In this document: positions 17,331 through 26,251 of the stretch, one piece after another
Position numbering within the stretch: position 1 is the stretch's first letter
How the letters are laid out: each line of letters starts with the position of its first letter
Source of the DNA: Variovorax paradoxus
GTDB taxonomy: Bacteria; Bacteroidota; Bacteroidia; Flavobacteriales; Flavobacteriaceae
Direction: 5' to 3'
NCBI GenBank assembly: GCA_943370635.1
Contig: CALRRY020000012.1
Location: forward strand, 7,856-71,855
DNA length: 64,000 nt
Program-made: the position numbers and the translations under genes
The notes under the pieces: generated by a model
Database searches by the model: none
What the model saw: the letters and a program-made list of their open reading frames with translations, nothing else
Told to the model about the DNA's origin: nothing

Positions 17331-17848
17331 TTTAACATTGTAATTTCTTTTCTCAGTTCGAGCAAGGCTAAATGCATTCTTTTTTCAACTGCTTTCACGC
17401 TTATGCCAAGAGTTTCGGCAATTTCACTGTATTTTTTTCCGTCAATTCGGTGCATTAAAAAGCAAGTGCGTTGGCCTTCAGTTAATTTATCGATTGCCTT
17501 TTGCAGTTTGACTTTGAATTCATTTTCTTCCAAATGAAAATCAGGGCTTTCAAACGTTTTGTCTTGTTTTGGGACGCTTTTAGCATATTCCAACACTACT
17601 TTTTGATGGGCAATTTGATTGTGTGTTGTATTGTTAGCGATAGTGTATAAATAGGATTTTGCTTTGTCTAAAGGTACTTTTTCGCAGTTTTCCCAAAGTT
17701 TGATAAAGGCTTCTTGAGTTACATCTTCGGCTTGCTCTGCATTACCGAATTTATAATACATATAATTTCGTAAGGCTTTTACGTGGTTTTTGAAAAAGTT
17801 ATTAAAAATGACTTCTTCACAAATTCCTGTGAGTGATTGATTATTCAT
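17327..17848 (-). CDS. ECF-type RNA polymerase sigma factor (FecI-like)
   Basis: AEDVTQEAFIKLW (region 2); KKYSEIAETLGISVKAVEKRM (region 4). Confidence 0.95.
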   Translation of the reverse strand: MNNQSLTGICEEVIFNNFFKNHVKALRNYMYYKFGNAEQAEDVTQEAFIKLWENCEKVPLDKAKSYLYTIANNTTHNQIAHQKVVLEYAKSVPKQDKTFESPDFHLEENEFKVKLQKAIDKLTEGQRTCFLMHRIDGKKYSEIAETLGISVKAVEKRMHLALLELRKEITMLK

Positions 17849-17894
17849 TTATGATAAAAAAACTTTGTGAAATTATAAAAAAAAACTTAGGTAG

Positions 17895-17922
17895 GTAGGG
17901 TAATTTGGATTTAATTTGTTTT
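17895..17922 (+). promoter_or_regulatory. Putative ECF-dependent promoter (GTAGGGTA-N13-TTGTTTT)
   Basis: gtagggta at 17895-17902 and ttgtttt at 17916-17922, about 20 nt before the ATG at 17942. Confidence 0.7.
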
Positions 17923-17941
17923 GTATTTAAACAAGAGTCTG

Positions 17942-18949
17942 ATGAGAACATTTTTACTTTTTTTGAATGTAGTCATTTTGACAGGATTTTTTAGTTCCTG
18001 TCAAGAAGAGGAAAACAAGGTCATACAAGATACCACACAAAATTTGAATAGCTCTTCGCCGGTTAGTAAATTTTTGTCAAGGGTAAGTCAAAATAACACA
18101 TCAATAGATAACATTGTAGATGGAACGAGTGTGTTTAGAGTTAAATTACCGGTGACTATCAATTTGAATGATACTGATTTAACGTTGAATGATGTTTCAG
18201 ATTATCAAGAGGTGGAAGACTTAAAAAATGCTTCCAATTCTGATGATGACATAGTGAATTATCAATATCCGATAACAGTATCATTACGAAATTTTCAAGA
18301 AATTGTAGTAAATAGTTCTTCACAACTAGCACAAATCATCCTTCAAAATGACGATATTAATGACATCAGTTGTGTGTCAATTGTTTATCCTATAGTAATC
18401 AATCTTTATGATAGTTCGAATCAAATAGCAGATACCATAACTCTAAATAGTGATGCTCAGTTGATCAATTTTTTAGTGAATTTGAATCCTGCTGTTTTTT
18501 ATGCGATTAATTATCCCATCTCGATTATAAATCCGGCTAGCCAAACGGTTGTAGTCAATTCAAATCAAGCTTTAGCTGATGAAATTGAAGGGGCCATTAG
18601 TCAATGTGGAAGTAATTCGGGTAGTAATGATGATTTTGTTACAATCATAACCAGTGGCACATGGCGGGTTTCGTATTATTTTGATGATGAAGAAGAAACA
18701 GCAGATTTTAATGGTTATGTATTCACGTTTAATACGAATAATGCCATTCAAATAGTAAAAAATTCGAACAGTTATACCGGAACATGGAGTTTTTATGAAG
18801 ATGATGGGATTGATGTTTTTGACATACAATTTAGTGACCCAATTTTAAATGAATTAGGCGATGACTGGGAGTTATTAGAGTTTTCTTCTACTTTGATTCA
18901 ATTGAAAGACGATGGAAATGATGAATATTTAAATTTTTCTAAACTATAA
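17942..18949 (+). CDS. Lipoprotein, hypothetical (ECF/TonB receptor-associated)
   Basis: Signal peptide II MRTFLLFLNVVILTGFFSSC; repeated YPI motifs; lipocalin-like C-terminus (GTWRV, GTWSF). Confidence 0.75.
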   Translation: MRTFLLFLNVVILTGFFSSCQEEENKVIQDTTQNLNSSSPVSKFLSRVSQNNTSIDNIVDGTSVFRVKLPVTINLNDTDLTLNDVSDYQEVEDLKNASNSDDDIVNYQYPITVSLRNFQEIVVNSSSQLAQIILQNDDINDISCVSIVYPIVINLYDSSNQIADTITLNSDAQLINFLVNLNPAVFYAINYPISIINPASQTVVVNSNQALADEIEGAISQCGSNSGSNDDFVTIITSGTWRVSYYFDDEEETADFNGYVFTFNTNNAIQIVKNSNSYTGTWSFYEDDGIDVFDIQFSDPILNELGDDWELLEFSSTLIQLKDDGNDEYLNFSKL

Positions 18950-19098
18950 TTGTGTGAAAGATGAAAACGATACTCCAAAATTTTATATACGGAAAAAATA
19001 ATTTCATTTATTTTTTAACACAAGCCGTGATTTGGGTGTTTAACTTTTTGTTGATTTACATCTTGTTTTTTTAGTTTTTACTCCGTAAAAAAGTATTT

Positions 19099-19706
19099 AT
19101 GAAAGGTATCTTGAATTATTTTGATCCGGATTTATTAACTCTTTTTGAAAAAGAAGGTGTCATTAAAGATATTCCTAAGGATACTGAGCTTATTAGAGAC
19201 GGTCAATACATTAATTCTATTCCTATTGTTATCCGAGGACTGGTAAAAGTTTTTACGAAATACCATGAAAAAGAATTCCTACTTTATTATATTCAACCGG
19301 CTGAAAGTTGTGTTTTATCATTTATTGTGAGTAAAAAAATGAGCCGAGTACTTTTTTTGCCAAAACTGAGGAAGATAGCGAAATTTTATTGTTGCCGGCC
19401 ATAAAAGTGCAGGAATGGATAAAAAAGTACCCGCAGTTTAACGCTATGTATTTTAATTTATTTAATGAGCGTTATTTTGATTTAATTGATACTTTAAACC
19501 ATGTTTTGTTTGATCGGTTAGATGCCAGGTTATATTTATATTTAAAAGAAAAAATGACGCATCATCCTAGTGCTGTCATTACTACTTCACACAAAGATAT
19601 TGCCTATGAAATGGGCACTTCCCGAGAGGTAATCACCCGTGTTTTAAAGAAATTAGAAACGGAATCTAAAGTGATTCAGACTTCAAGAGGGATCGAATTA
19701 TTGTAA
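19099..19706 (+). pseudogene. Crp/Fnr family regulator split by a frameshift in an A7 run (19333-19339)
   Basis: ORF1 holds the cNMP-binding half and ORF2 the HTH (HKDIAYEMGTSREVITRVLKKL); one extra A would give a single 202-aa protein. Confidence 0.8.
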
Positions 19707-19708
19707 AG

Positions 19709-19722
19709 GTGACTTTTGTCAC
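19709..19722. promoter_or_regulatory. Crp/Fnr-type palindromic operator GTGA-N6-TCAC
   Basis: gtgacttttgtcac directly after the Crp gene and upstream of the DUF2892 gene. Confidence 0.65.
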
Positions 19723-19781
19723 TTTTTTTAGATTTTAGTTGATTTACTTTTACATAAGTAAACCAATTAAAATCAAATCGT

Positions 19782-19997
19782 ATGAAATCAAATGTAGGAA
19801 CCACAGACAAATTAATCCGAATTATTTTAGCCGTAGTATTAGGAACACTTTTTCTAACCAATACCGTAAGTGATACTTTAGGCATCGTGTTTTTAATTTT
19901 TGCCATTGTTTTAATTGCAACAAGTTTGATTAGCTTTTGTCCTCTTTATACTTTATTGGGTGTTAATACTTGTACCATTAACAGAAAGAAATCATGA
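19782..19997 (+). CDS. DUF2892 (YgaP-like) membrane protein
   Basis: MKSNVGTTDKLIRII...LISFCPLYTLLGVNTC. Confidence 0.9.
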   Translation: MKSNVGTTDKLIRIILAVVLGTLFLTNTVSDTLGIVFLIFAIVLIATSLISFCPLYTLLGVNTCTINRKKS

Positions 19998-21445
19998 AAA
20001 ATACCTTAACAATATTATTTTTCATGTTTTTAACCTCACAAGCACAAGTGAACGTGGAATGGTCGAATTATCCGGGTGGAGTTTCAGTTGCGGTTAATTC
20101 ATCACATGAAGTATATTCAGTTAATTGGGAGTATAATCCAGCCGGTGACATTACGTTAACCAAACGAAATTCATCCGGTACTGTTTTGTGGAGTTCAACT
20201 TATGACAATACCGACAATACGCGACATGAAGTGGCTACATGGATAGCAACTGACAGTCAGAATAATTGTATTGTATCCGGGACCATTCGTTCGGGGTATT
20301 CCAATCCGGTGAATGCTGCCAGCCTTTTAATGAAGTATAATCCTGAGGGAGAGTTATTGTGGCGAGTGGTTTATGAATCTACTTTTGAAGGTTCCTCAAC
20401 AAGAAAAATTTTGATTGATTCATCCGACAATATCTATGTATTAGGATTAGGAATGGGTCCAAATGGAATGGTTAGCAGAGTTAAAAAGTTTAATTCGAAT
20501 GGTGAAATGCTTTGGACCTATTATGATGTTAACGGTATAGGTTCGCCAATCAACTGTAAATTTACACCGGATAACGCATTAATTGTTTCCGGCAGAAGTA
20601 TAACCGGAATAATTAATGGATATTTGAAATTAAGTACCGAAGGCACATTACTTTGGAGTAAAACAGGAATAACCAGTCCAACTGTTGGAGATCTTGCAGG
20701 TGATGCTTTTGGCCATACGTATATCATTAATGGCGAGAATGTAGGTTCAAATGCCGGAAGTATACTTGAAAAATTGGATACGAGTGGTGTTTCCATTTGG
20801 ACACATACTAATGTTATGGCAGGAAGTAAGGTAGAAGTAGGTTCAGACCATCAACCCATTATTAGTGGCTTTCCCAATTCAGGAACAGGAGGAGCTGCCT
20901 TTATTAAATATACTTCTGAAGGGGCTGTACTTTGGCAAAATCTAAATGCTGATGGTCCGGAAATTCTACTTTTGCATGGTCAGTTAAAACTAGATGCGGC
21001 CAATAATGCTTATTTATCTGCCGGAAATCTGTTCAACATGGCCATATGTAAAATAAATGCTGACGGAACAAATGGTTGGGTAGGTTTAGTTTCGGGCAGT
21101 AGTCAAGCCAGTTCGTTTGTTATAGATACTGATAACTCTGTTTATGTAGTAGGAGGAACGACAGCCAAATTAGGTCAAAGCCCACTGAATGTTACCCTAT
21201 TTGATTCTGCCAGCTTTATCATTTCTCCAAATCCATTTGCATCAAGAATTGATATTTTAAATGAAAATGATGAAGCAACAAAAAATGTATTTTTATATGA
21301 TTTATATGGTAAATTAATTTACAAAGGAGATTTTTCGGGGTTGACAACCAGTTTGTATTTACCGGATATTTCAAAGGGAATTTATATCATAACAATTGTT
21401 AATCAATATGGGAAACGATATCAACAAAAGTTGATTAAACAATAA
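19994..21445 (+). CDS. T9SS-secreted beta-propeller (SBBP-like repeat) protein
   Basis: Signal peptide; repeats of D.S.N.YV.G and K.N..G..LW; CTD ISPNPF..LYDLYGK..GIYII..KLIKQ; ATGA overlap with DUF2892. Confidence 0.8.
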   Translation: MKNTLTILFFMFLTSQAQVNVEWSNYPGGVSVAVNSSHEVYSVNWEYNPAGDITLTKRNSSGTVLWSSTYDNTDNTRHEVATWIATDSQNNCIVSGTIRSGYSNPVNAASLLMKYNPEGELLWRVVYESTFEGSSTRKILIDSSDNIYVLGLGMGPNGMVSRVKKFNSNGEMLWTYYDVNGIGSPINCKFTPDNALIVSGRSITGIINGYLKLSTEGTLLWSKTGITSPTVGDLAGDAFGHTYIINGENVGSNAGSILEKLDTSGVSIWTHTNVMAGSKVEVGSDHQPIISGFPNSGTGGAAFIKYTSEGAVLWQNLNADGPEILLLHGQLKLDAANNAYLSAGNLFNMAICKINADGTNGWVGLVSGSSQASSFVIDTDNSVYVVGGTTAKLGQSPLNVTLFDSASFIISPNPFASRIDILNENDEATKNVFLYDLYGKLIYKGDFSGLTTSLYLPDISKGIYIITIVNQYGKRYQQKLIKQ

Positions 21446-21451
21446 AACAAA

Positions 21452-21481
21452 AAAAAAGCTGCATTTTCGTGCAGCTTTTTT
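21452..21481. terminator. Bidirectional intrinsic terminator
   Basis: aaaaaagctgca-ttttcg-tgcagctttttt between convergent genes. Confidence 0.85.
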
Positions 21482-21523
21482 ACGCATAGTAGGTTAAAAG
21501 TGGTATTTGGAAACTAACTAACT

Positions 21524-22240
21524 TTAATCGTCTAATAGATCGGTGTATTCTTCAATTTTATCTTTGATGGTGTTGGCTAAGCTACGGTTTCCATCATTGT
21601 CAGTTGGACTAATTTCGATTAAACCGTCACCGTTATCATCGGTCGCATTGGATAAATCAACGTTGGCTAAAACAGCGTCTAAGTTGAAGTTTATCACTAA
21701 AGTGGCTGAGTTATCAGCAATTACTAGGTTTTGTCCGGCATCTTCGTAGTCAATTTCAAAATCCTCATCAATGTTGTGCCAAAAGATGAAAGGAGTTGAA
21801 CCAATAGTTCCTTTTATTAAAACGGATTTGTTAAATAATTCACTGTTTGAATTGTTGTTTCTTGCCATTTCAAACTCAACTTCTTCATAAATTCCATTTG
21901 GAATATTGATGGATGTAATGGTCGTTTGTCCACTTAACAAATCCAATTCAAACGGTCCGCTCAATTCGAATTCATCGTCATCGCCATAAAACCCATCTCC
22001 GTAGTCATCATCATCGTCATCATAAAAATCATCATCCAATTCGAATTCAATTTCCTTTAAATTAACTTTAAAGTCAGAAATAGCAACAGCATTTGCACTT
22101 CTTCCTGTATTTCCTGAATAGCTGGCTTTGGCCACTATACGAAGATTATCATTTCCGTTTGTTGATGAATTTTCATCATTTGAACAGGAAACCATAACTA
22201 TTCCTGCAAAAAGGCCTAAAAGAATTTTTTTGTTTTTCAT
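21524..22240 (-). CDS. Lipoprotein, DUF4382-like, with an Asp-rich insert
   Basis: Lipobox MVSC; DDDFYDDDDDDYGDGFYGDDDE; GPFELDLL and GIYEEVEF. Confidence 0.65.
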   Translation of the reverse strand: MKNKKILLGLFAGIVMVSCSNDENSSTNGNDNLRIVAKASYSGNTGRSANAVAISDFKVNLKEIEFELDDDFYDDDDDDYGDGFYGDDDEFELSGPFELDLLSGQTTITSINIPNGIYEEVEFEMARNNNSNSELFNKSVLIKGTIGSTPFIFWHNIDEDFEIDYEDAGQNLVIADNSATLVINFNLDAVLANVDLSNATDDNGDGLIEISPTDNDGNRSLANTIKDKIEEYTDLLDD

Positions 22241-22268
22241 AGTGAGTTATATTTTGATTTATATGTTT

Positions 22269-22296
22269 AAAACAATCTACTATTCATTTACCCTAC
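22269..22296 (-). promoter_or_regulatory. Putative ECF-dependent promoter (GTAGGGTA-N13-TTGTTTT)
   Basis: Third copy of the motif, about 30 nt upstream of the ATG at 22240. Confidence 0.7.
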
Positions 22297-22353
22297 CTCA
22301 TTTTAAAAAAAAAATTACTTCACCTCATTTTTTGATGCTTATTTGCTTTATGT

Positions 22354-22361
22354 TATCTTTG
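22354..22361 (+). promoter_or_regulatory. Bacteroidetes housekeeping -7 element TAnnTTTG for ffh
   Basis: TATCTTTG 26 nt upstream of the ffh ATG. Confidence 0.6.
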
Positions 22362-22387
22362 CACTTCATTAAAAGAAAATCAGATTT

Positions 22388-23728
22388 ATGTTCAGTAATT
22401 TAAGCGATAAATTAGATAAAGCTCTTCATATATTAAAAGGTCACGGTAAAATTACCGAAGTAAATGTAGCTGATACTTTGAAAGAAGTACGTCGAGCGTT
22501 ATTAGATGCCGATGTGAATTTTAAGATTGCTAAAGATTTTACCACTACCGTTAAAGAAAAGGCTATCGGTCAAAACGTATTGACGTCGTTACAGCCCGGT
22601 CAATTGATGGTTAAATTAGTGAAAGACGAATTAACTGAATTAATGGGTGGTTCCGAAGTAGGAATTAATCTTTCCGGACATCCGACGGTTATTTTAATGT
22701 CGGGTTTACAGGGTTCCGGTAAGACGACTTTTTCGGGTAAATTAGCCAATTTTCTAAAAACTAAAAAAGGGAAAAAACCACTTTTGGTAGCGTGTGATAT
22801 ATACCGTCCGGCAGCGATTAACCAGTTGCATGTGGTGGGTGGTCAAATAGGAGTAGAGGTGTATTCAGAACCGGAAAATAAAAATCCGGTGGAGATTGCT
22901 CAAAATGCCATTAAACATGCCAAAGCCAACGGATTTAATGTTGTAATTGTGGATACGGCAGGTCGTTTGGCAGTTGATGAACAAATGATGAATGAGATTG
23001 CGAATGTACATCAAGCCATTCAACCTCAAGAAACCTTGTTTGTAGTGGATTCCATGACCGGACAAGACGCCGTGAATACTGCAAAAGCCTTCAATGACCG
23101 TTTGAATTTTGACGGGGTAATTTTGACCAAGTTAGATGGTGATACACGTGGGGGAGCTGCTTTATCGATTAAGTCGGTGGTAAACAAACCGATTAAATTC
23201 ATCGGTACTGGGGAAAAAATGGAAGCCATTGATGTATTTTATCCTTCCCGTATGGCGGATAGAATTTTGGGAATGGGTGACGTTGTTTCCTTAGTTGAAA
23301 GAGCTCAAGAGCAATACGACGAAGAAGAAGCCCGTAAATTGCAGAAGAAAATTGCCAAAAACGAATTTGGTTTTGATGATTTCTTGGTGCAAATTCAGCA
23401 AATCAAAAAAATGGGTAACATGAAAGATTTGGTGGGCATGATTCCCGGAGCCGGAAAAGCATTAAAAGATGTGGAAATTGAAGATGATGCGTTCAAACAC
23501 ATCGAAGCGATTATTCATTCGATGACGCCAACAGAAAGAAGCAAACCGGCTATTATAGACGGAAAGCGAAAAATCAGAATTGCTAAAGGATCCGGTACTA
23601 AGATTGAGCAAGTAAATCAATTGATGAAACAGTTTGATCAGATGAGCAAAATGATGAAAATGATGCAAGGAGGTGGCGGAAAAAACCTAGTCAGAATGAT
23701 GGGCGGAATGAAAGGAATGCGACCCTAA
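22388..23728 (+). CDS. ffh: Signal recognition particle protein
   Basis: GLQGSGKTT, DTAGR, TKLDGDTRGGAALS, Met-rich M domain. Confidence 0.98.
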   Translation: MFSNLSDKLDKALHILKGHGKITEVNVADTLKEVRRALLDADVNFKIAKDFTTTVKEKAIGQNVLTSLQPGQLMVKLVKDELTELMGGSEVGINLSGHPTVILMSGLQGSGKTTFSGKLANFLKTKKGKKPLLVACDIYRPAAINQLHVVGGQIGVEVYSEPENKNPVEIAQNAIKHAKANGFNVVIVDTAGRLAVDEQMMNEIANVHQAIQPQETLFVVDSMTGQDAVNTAKAFNDRLNFDGVILTKLDGDTRGGAALSIKSVVNKPIKFIGTGEKMEAIDVFYPSRMADRILGMGDVVSLVERAQEQYDEEEARKLQKKIAKNEFGFDDFLVQIQQIKKMGNMKDLVGMIPGAGKALKDVEIEDDAFKHIEAIIHSMTPTERSKPAIIDGKRKIRIAKGSGTKIEQVNQLMKQFDQMSKMMKMMQGGGGKNLVRMMGGMKGMRP

Positions 23729-23739
23729 TATAGACAACT

Positions 23740-23769
23740 GAGACGCGATGATTCGCGTCTTATTTTTTT
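23740..23769 (+). terminator. Hairpin and U-tract after ffh (REP-like stem)
   Basis: agacgcga-tgat-tcgcgtct followed by tattttttt. Confidence 0.65.
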
Positions 23770-23796
23770 AGCATAAATCAACCAACACAACACACT

Positions 23797-24684
23797 ATGA
23801 AAATTTTAGATGGTAAAAAAGTTTCCGAAGACATCAAGAATGAAATTGCTGCCGAGGTGCAGAAAATGAAAGATAATGGTGAGAAAGTTCCTCATTTGGC
23901 AGCCGTTATTGTTGGGAATGACGGAGCGAGTTTAACGTATGTAGGCAGTAAAGTAAAAGCCTGTGAGCGAGTAGGTTTTGAAAGTACCTTGATAAAAATG
24001 CCCAACACTACTTCTGAAACCGAATTACTCAAAAAAATAAAAGAATTAAATGAGGATGATAATATTGACGGTTTTATTGTACAGTTACCATTGCCAAAAC
24101 AAATTGACACGCAAGAAGTGTTAATGGCAATTGATCCCAGTAAAGATGTAGATGGATTTCATCCGGAAAACTTTGGGAAAATGGCGTTGGATATGACGAC
24201 ATTTATTCCGGCTACTCCATTTGGTATTTTAGAATTATTAGAGCGTTACGGGGTGGAAACTCAAGGAAAACATACGGTTGTAATTGGCAGAAGTCATATC
24301 GTTGGAAGACCGATGAGTATTTTGATGGGAAGAAAAGGTTTTCCGGGAAATTCTACCGTTACGTTAACGCATAGTTACACCAAAAACATTGCTCAAATCA
24401 CTACACAAGCGGATATTATCATTACTGCATTGGGCGTACCGAATTATTTAAAAGCGGAAATGGTGAAAGACGATGCTGTTGTGATTGATGTTGGAATCAC
24501 TCGTGTTGCCGATGATACCACTGAAAAAGGCTACCGTATTACCGGTGATGTTGATTTTGAGCATGTGAGTAAGAAATCCTCCTATATTACGCCTGTTCCG
24601 GGTGGGGTTGGTCCAATGACGATTGCGATGTTGCTGAAAAACACCTTATTGGCAAGAGAACAGAAGCGTTTAAAACTTAAATAA
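23797..24684 (+). CDS. folD: Methylenetetrahydrofolate dehydrogenase/cyclohydrolase
   Basis: KDVDGFHP, PATP.G, GRSHIVGRP, TPVPGGVGPMTIAML. Confidence 0.97.
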   Translation: MKILDGKKVSEDIKNEIAAEVQKMKDNGEKVPHLAAVIVGNDGASLTYVGSKVKACERVGFESTLIKMPNTTSETELLKKIKELNEDDNIDGFIVQLPLPKQIDTQEVLMAIDPSKDVDGFHPENFGKMALDMTTFIPATPFGILELLERYGVETQGKHTVVIGRSHIVGRPMSILMGRKGFPGNSTVTLTHSYTKNIAQITTQADIIITALGVPNYLKAEMVKDDAVVIDVGITRVADDTTEKGYRITGDVDFEHVSKKSSYITPVPGGVGPMTIAMLLKNTLLAREQKRLKLK

Positions 24685-24687
24685 AAT

Positions 24688-24720
24688 AAAAAAACCCAAG
24701 TGATGAACTTGGGTTTTTTT
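24688..24720. terminator. Bidirectional intrinsic terminator
   Basis: aaaaaaacccaagt-gatga-acttgggttttttt. Confidence 0.85.
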
Positions 24721-24734
24721 ATTTGATTTTTCTC

Positions 24735-25313
24735 TTACAAACCATTTGAAACCGTACCGGTTATATCCATATTTACCGGAATGTTTGATGTTTGGTTGAT
24801 ATTTTTGAAATTACCATTGAATTTAATGGTATAAATATTTCCGCCGTTAGAAATGATTTGTACCGTTCCGGTAGGAGCATTTCCGCTTTCTATTTCTTGA
24901 GTGGCAATTTTTGTAGTAGCGATTAAGGAAGTCCAACCAATACAAACGCGAACATTAGAGCCAAGAATATTATCAATACTGGTAAAAGTATCTTCATCCT
25001 GGTCAGTTGAAATTTGATATACACCGGCAAGTGATTCCCCATTTTTTACAAACAGGTCAAAAGTTACCGAGGCTACATCTGAAAGACCTTTTGTTCCATT
25101 GATAACAATAGTATTACGATTGTAACTATTTCCATCTAATTCATATGCATTAGGGGATACTACATTTACAATACCTTGAGAAGAAAGTAATGTATAATTT
25201 TCTCCATTCACAGAAAAAGTTGTAGGCGAATTGTTTGAATCGCTATCTCCACTACAAGAGAGCGTAATTAGTAAAGTTAGCATTGCTAAACTTGATAGCA
25301 TTAATTTTTTCAT
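24735..25313 (-). CDS. Hypothetical lipoprotein
   Basis: Lipobox LSC after a hydrophobic leader; 192 aa, beta-rich. Confidence 0.7.
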   Translation of the reverse strand: MKKLMLSSLAMLTLLITLSCSGDSDSNNSPTTFSVNGENYTLLSSQGIVNVVSPNAYELDGNSYNRNTIVINGTKGLSDVASVTFDLFVKNGESLAGVYQISTDQDEDTFTSIDNILGSNVRVCIGWTSLIATTKIATQEIESGNAPTGTVQIISNGGNIYTIKFNGNFKNINQTSNIPVNMDITGTVSNGL

Positions 25314-25377
25314 GATTTTGTTTTTTTATTGTTCGCTGCAAAAGTAACGTAATCTTTTGAAGGTCTTACTTTTTATG

Positions 25378-26148
25378 TTATTTTTTTTTGGGTTGAAAAG
25401 GGGTTCTGATTTTTGGCAAACTTGCCTCTTCCGTTTTGCTGGAGGGTTCAATCAATTGATTCAATTCTTTGATTTCAGCATCGGTTAACACCCGGTATCT
25501 TCCCACGGGAATATCCAATGTAATGTTGATGATTCGGGTGCGTTTCAAAGCTGTAACTTCATAGCCTAAATACTCACACATTCTTCTGATTTGACGGTTT
25601 AAGCCTTGGGTAAGTACTATCCGAAAAATGTATTTACTGATTTGTTCAACTTTACATTTTCTGGTAATGGTATCTAAAATCGGAACACCGTTTCCCATTC
25701 GTTGAATGAATCGGTCGGTGATGGGGCGATCTACCGTTACAATATATTCTTTTTCATGATTGTTTCTGGCCCGTAGAATTTTGTTGACAATATCGCCGTC
25801 GTTGGTCATAAATATCAGTCCTTCACTGGCTTTGTCCAATCTCCCAATCGGGAAAATTCGTTCCGGATAATTGATATAATCTACAATGTTATTTTTAACA
25901 TTTAAATTGGTGGTACATTCAATTCCTACCGGTTTGTAAAAAGCTAAGTAAATAGGTTTATTCCTTTTTTCTTTAATTAATTTTCCATCCACACGAATTT
26001 CATCAGCATCGGTAATTTTAGTACCCATTTCAGCAATTTTTCCATTAATGGTAATTCGTTTGGCTTCAATTAGTTTATCGGCTTCACGTCTGGAGCAAAA
26101 ACCTGATTCTGATAAAAATTTATTTATGCGTTTTTCATTGTATTCCAT
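25378..26148 (-). CDS. rluF: 23S rRNA pseudouridine synthase (RluF-like, S4 domain)
   Basis: [40 protein letters not shown]. Confidence 0.9.
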   Translation of the reverse strand: MEYNEKRINKFLSESGFCSRREADKLIEAKRITINGKIAEMGTKITDADEIRVDGKLIKEKRNKPIYLAFYKPVGIECTTNLNVKNNIVDYINYPERIFPIGRLDKASEGLIFMTNDGDIVNKILRARNNHEKEYIVTVDRPITDRFIQRMGNGVPILDTITRKCKVEQISKYIFRIVLTQGLNRQIRRMCEYLGYEVTALKRTRIINITLDIPVGRYRVLTDAEIKELNQLIEPSSKTEEASLPKIRTPFQPKKK

Positions 26149-26251
26149 GATACAAAGTTAATTTTTTTGTTGTTTATATATGAACAATCATTTTTTTTAA
26201 TTCATACTATTTTTTAAATTGCAACAAAATTGCTAAAATAGATTAACCTTT

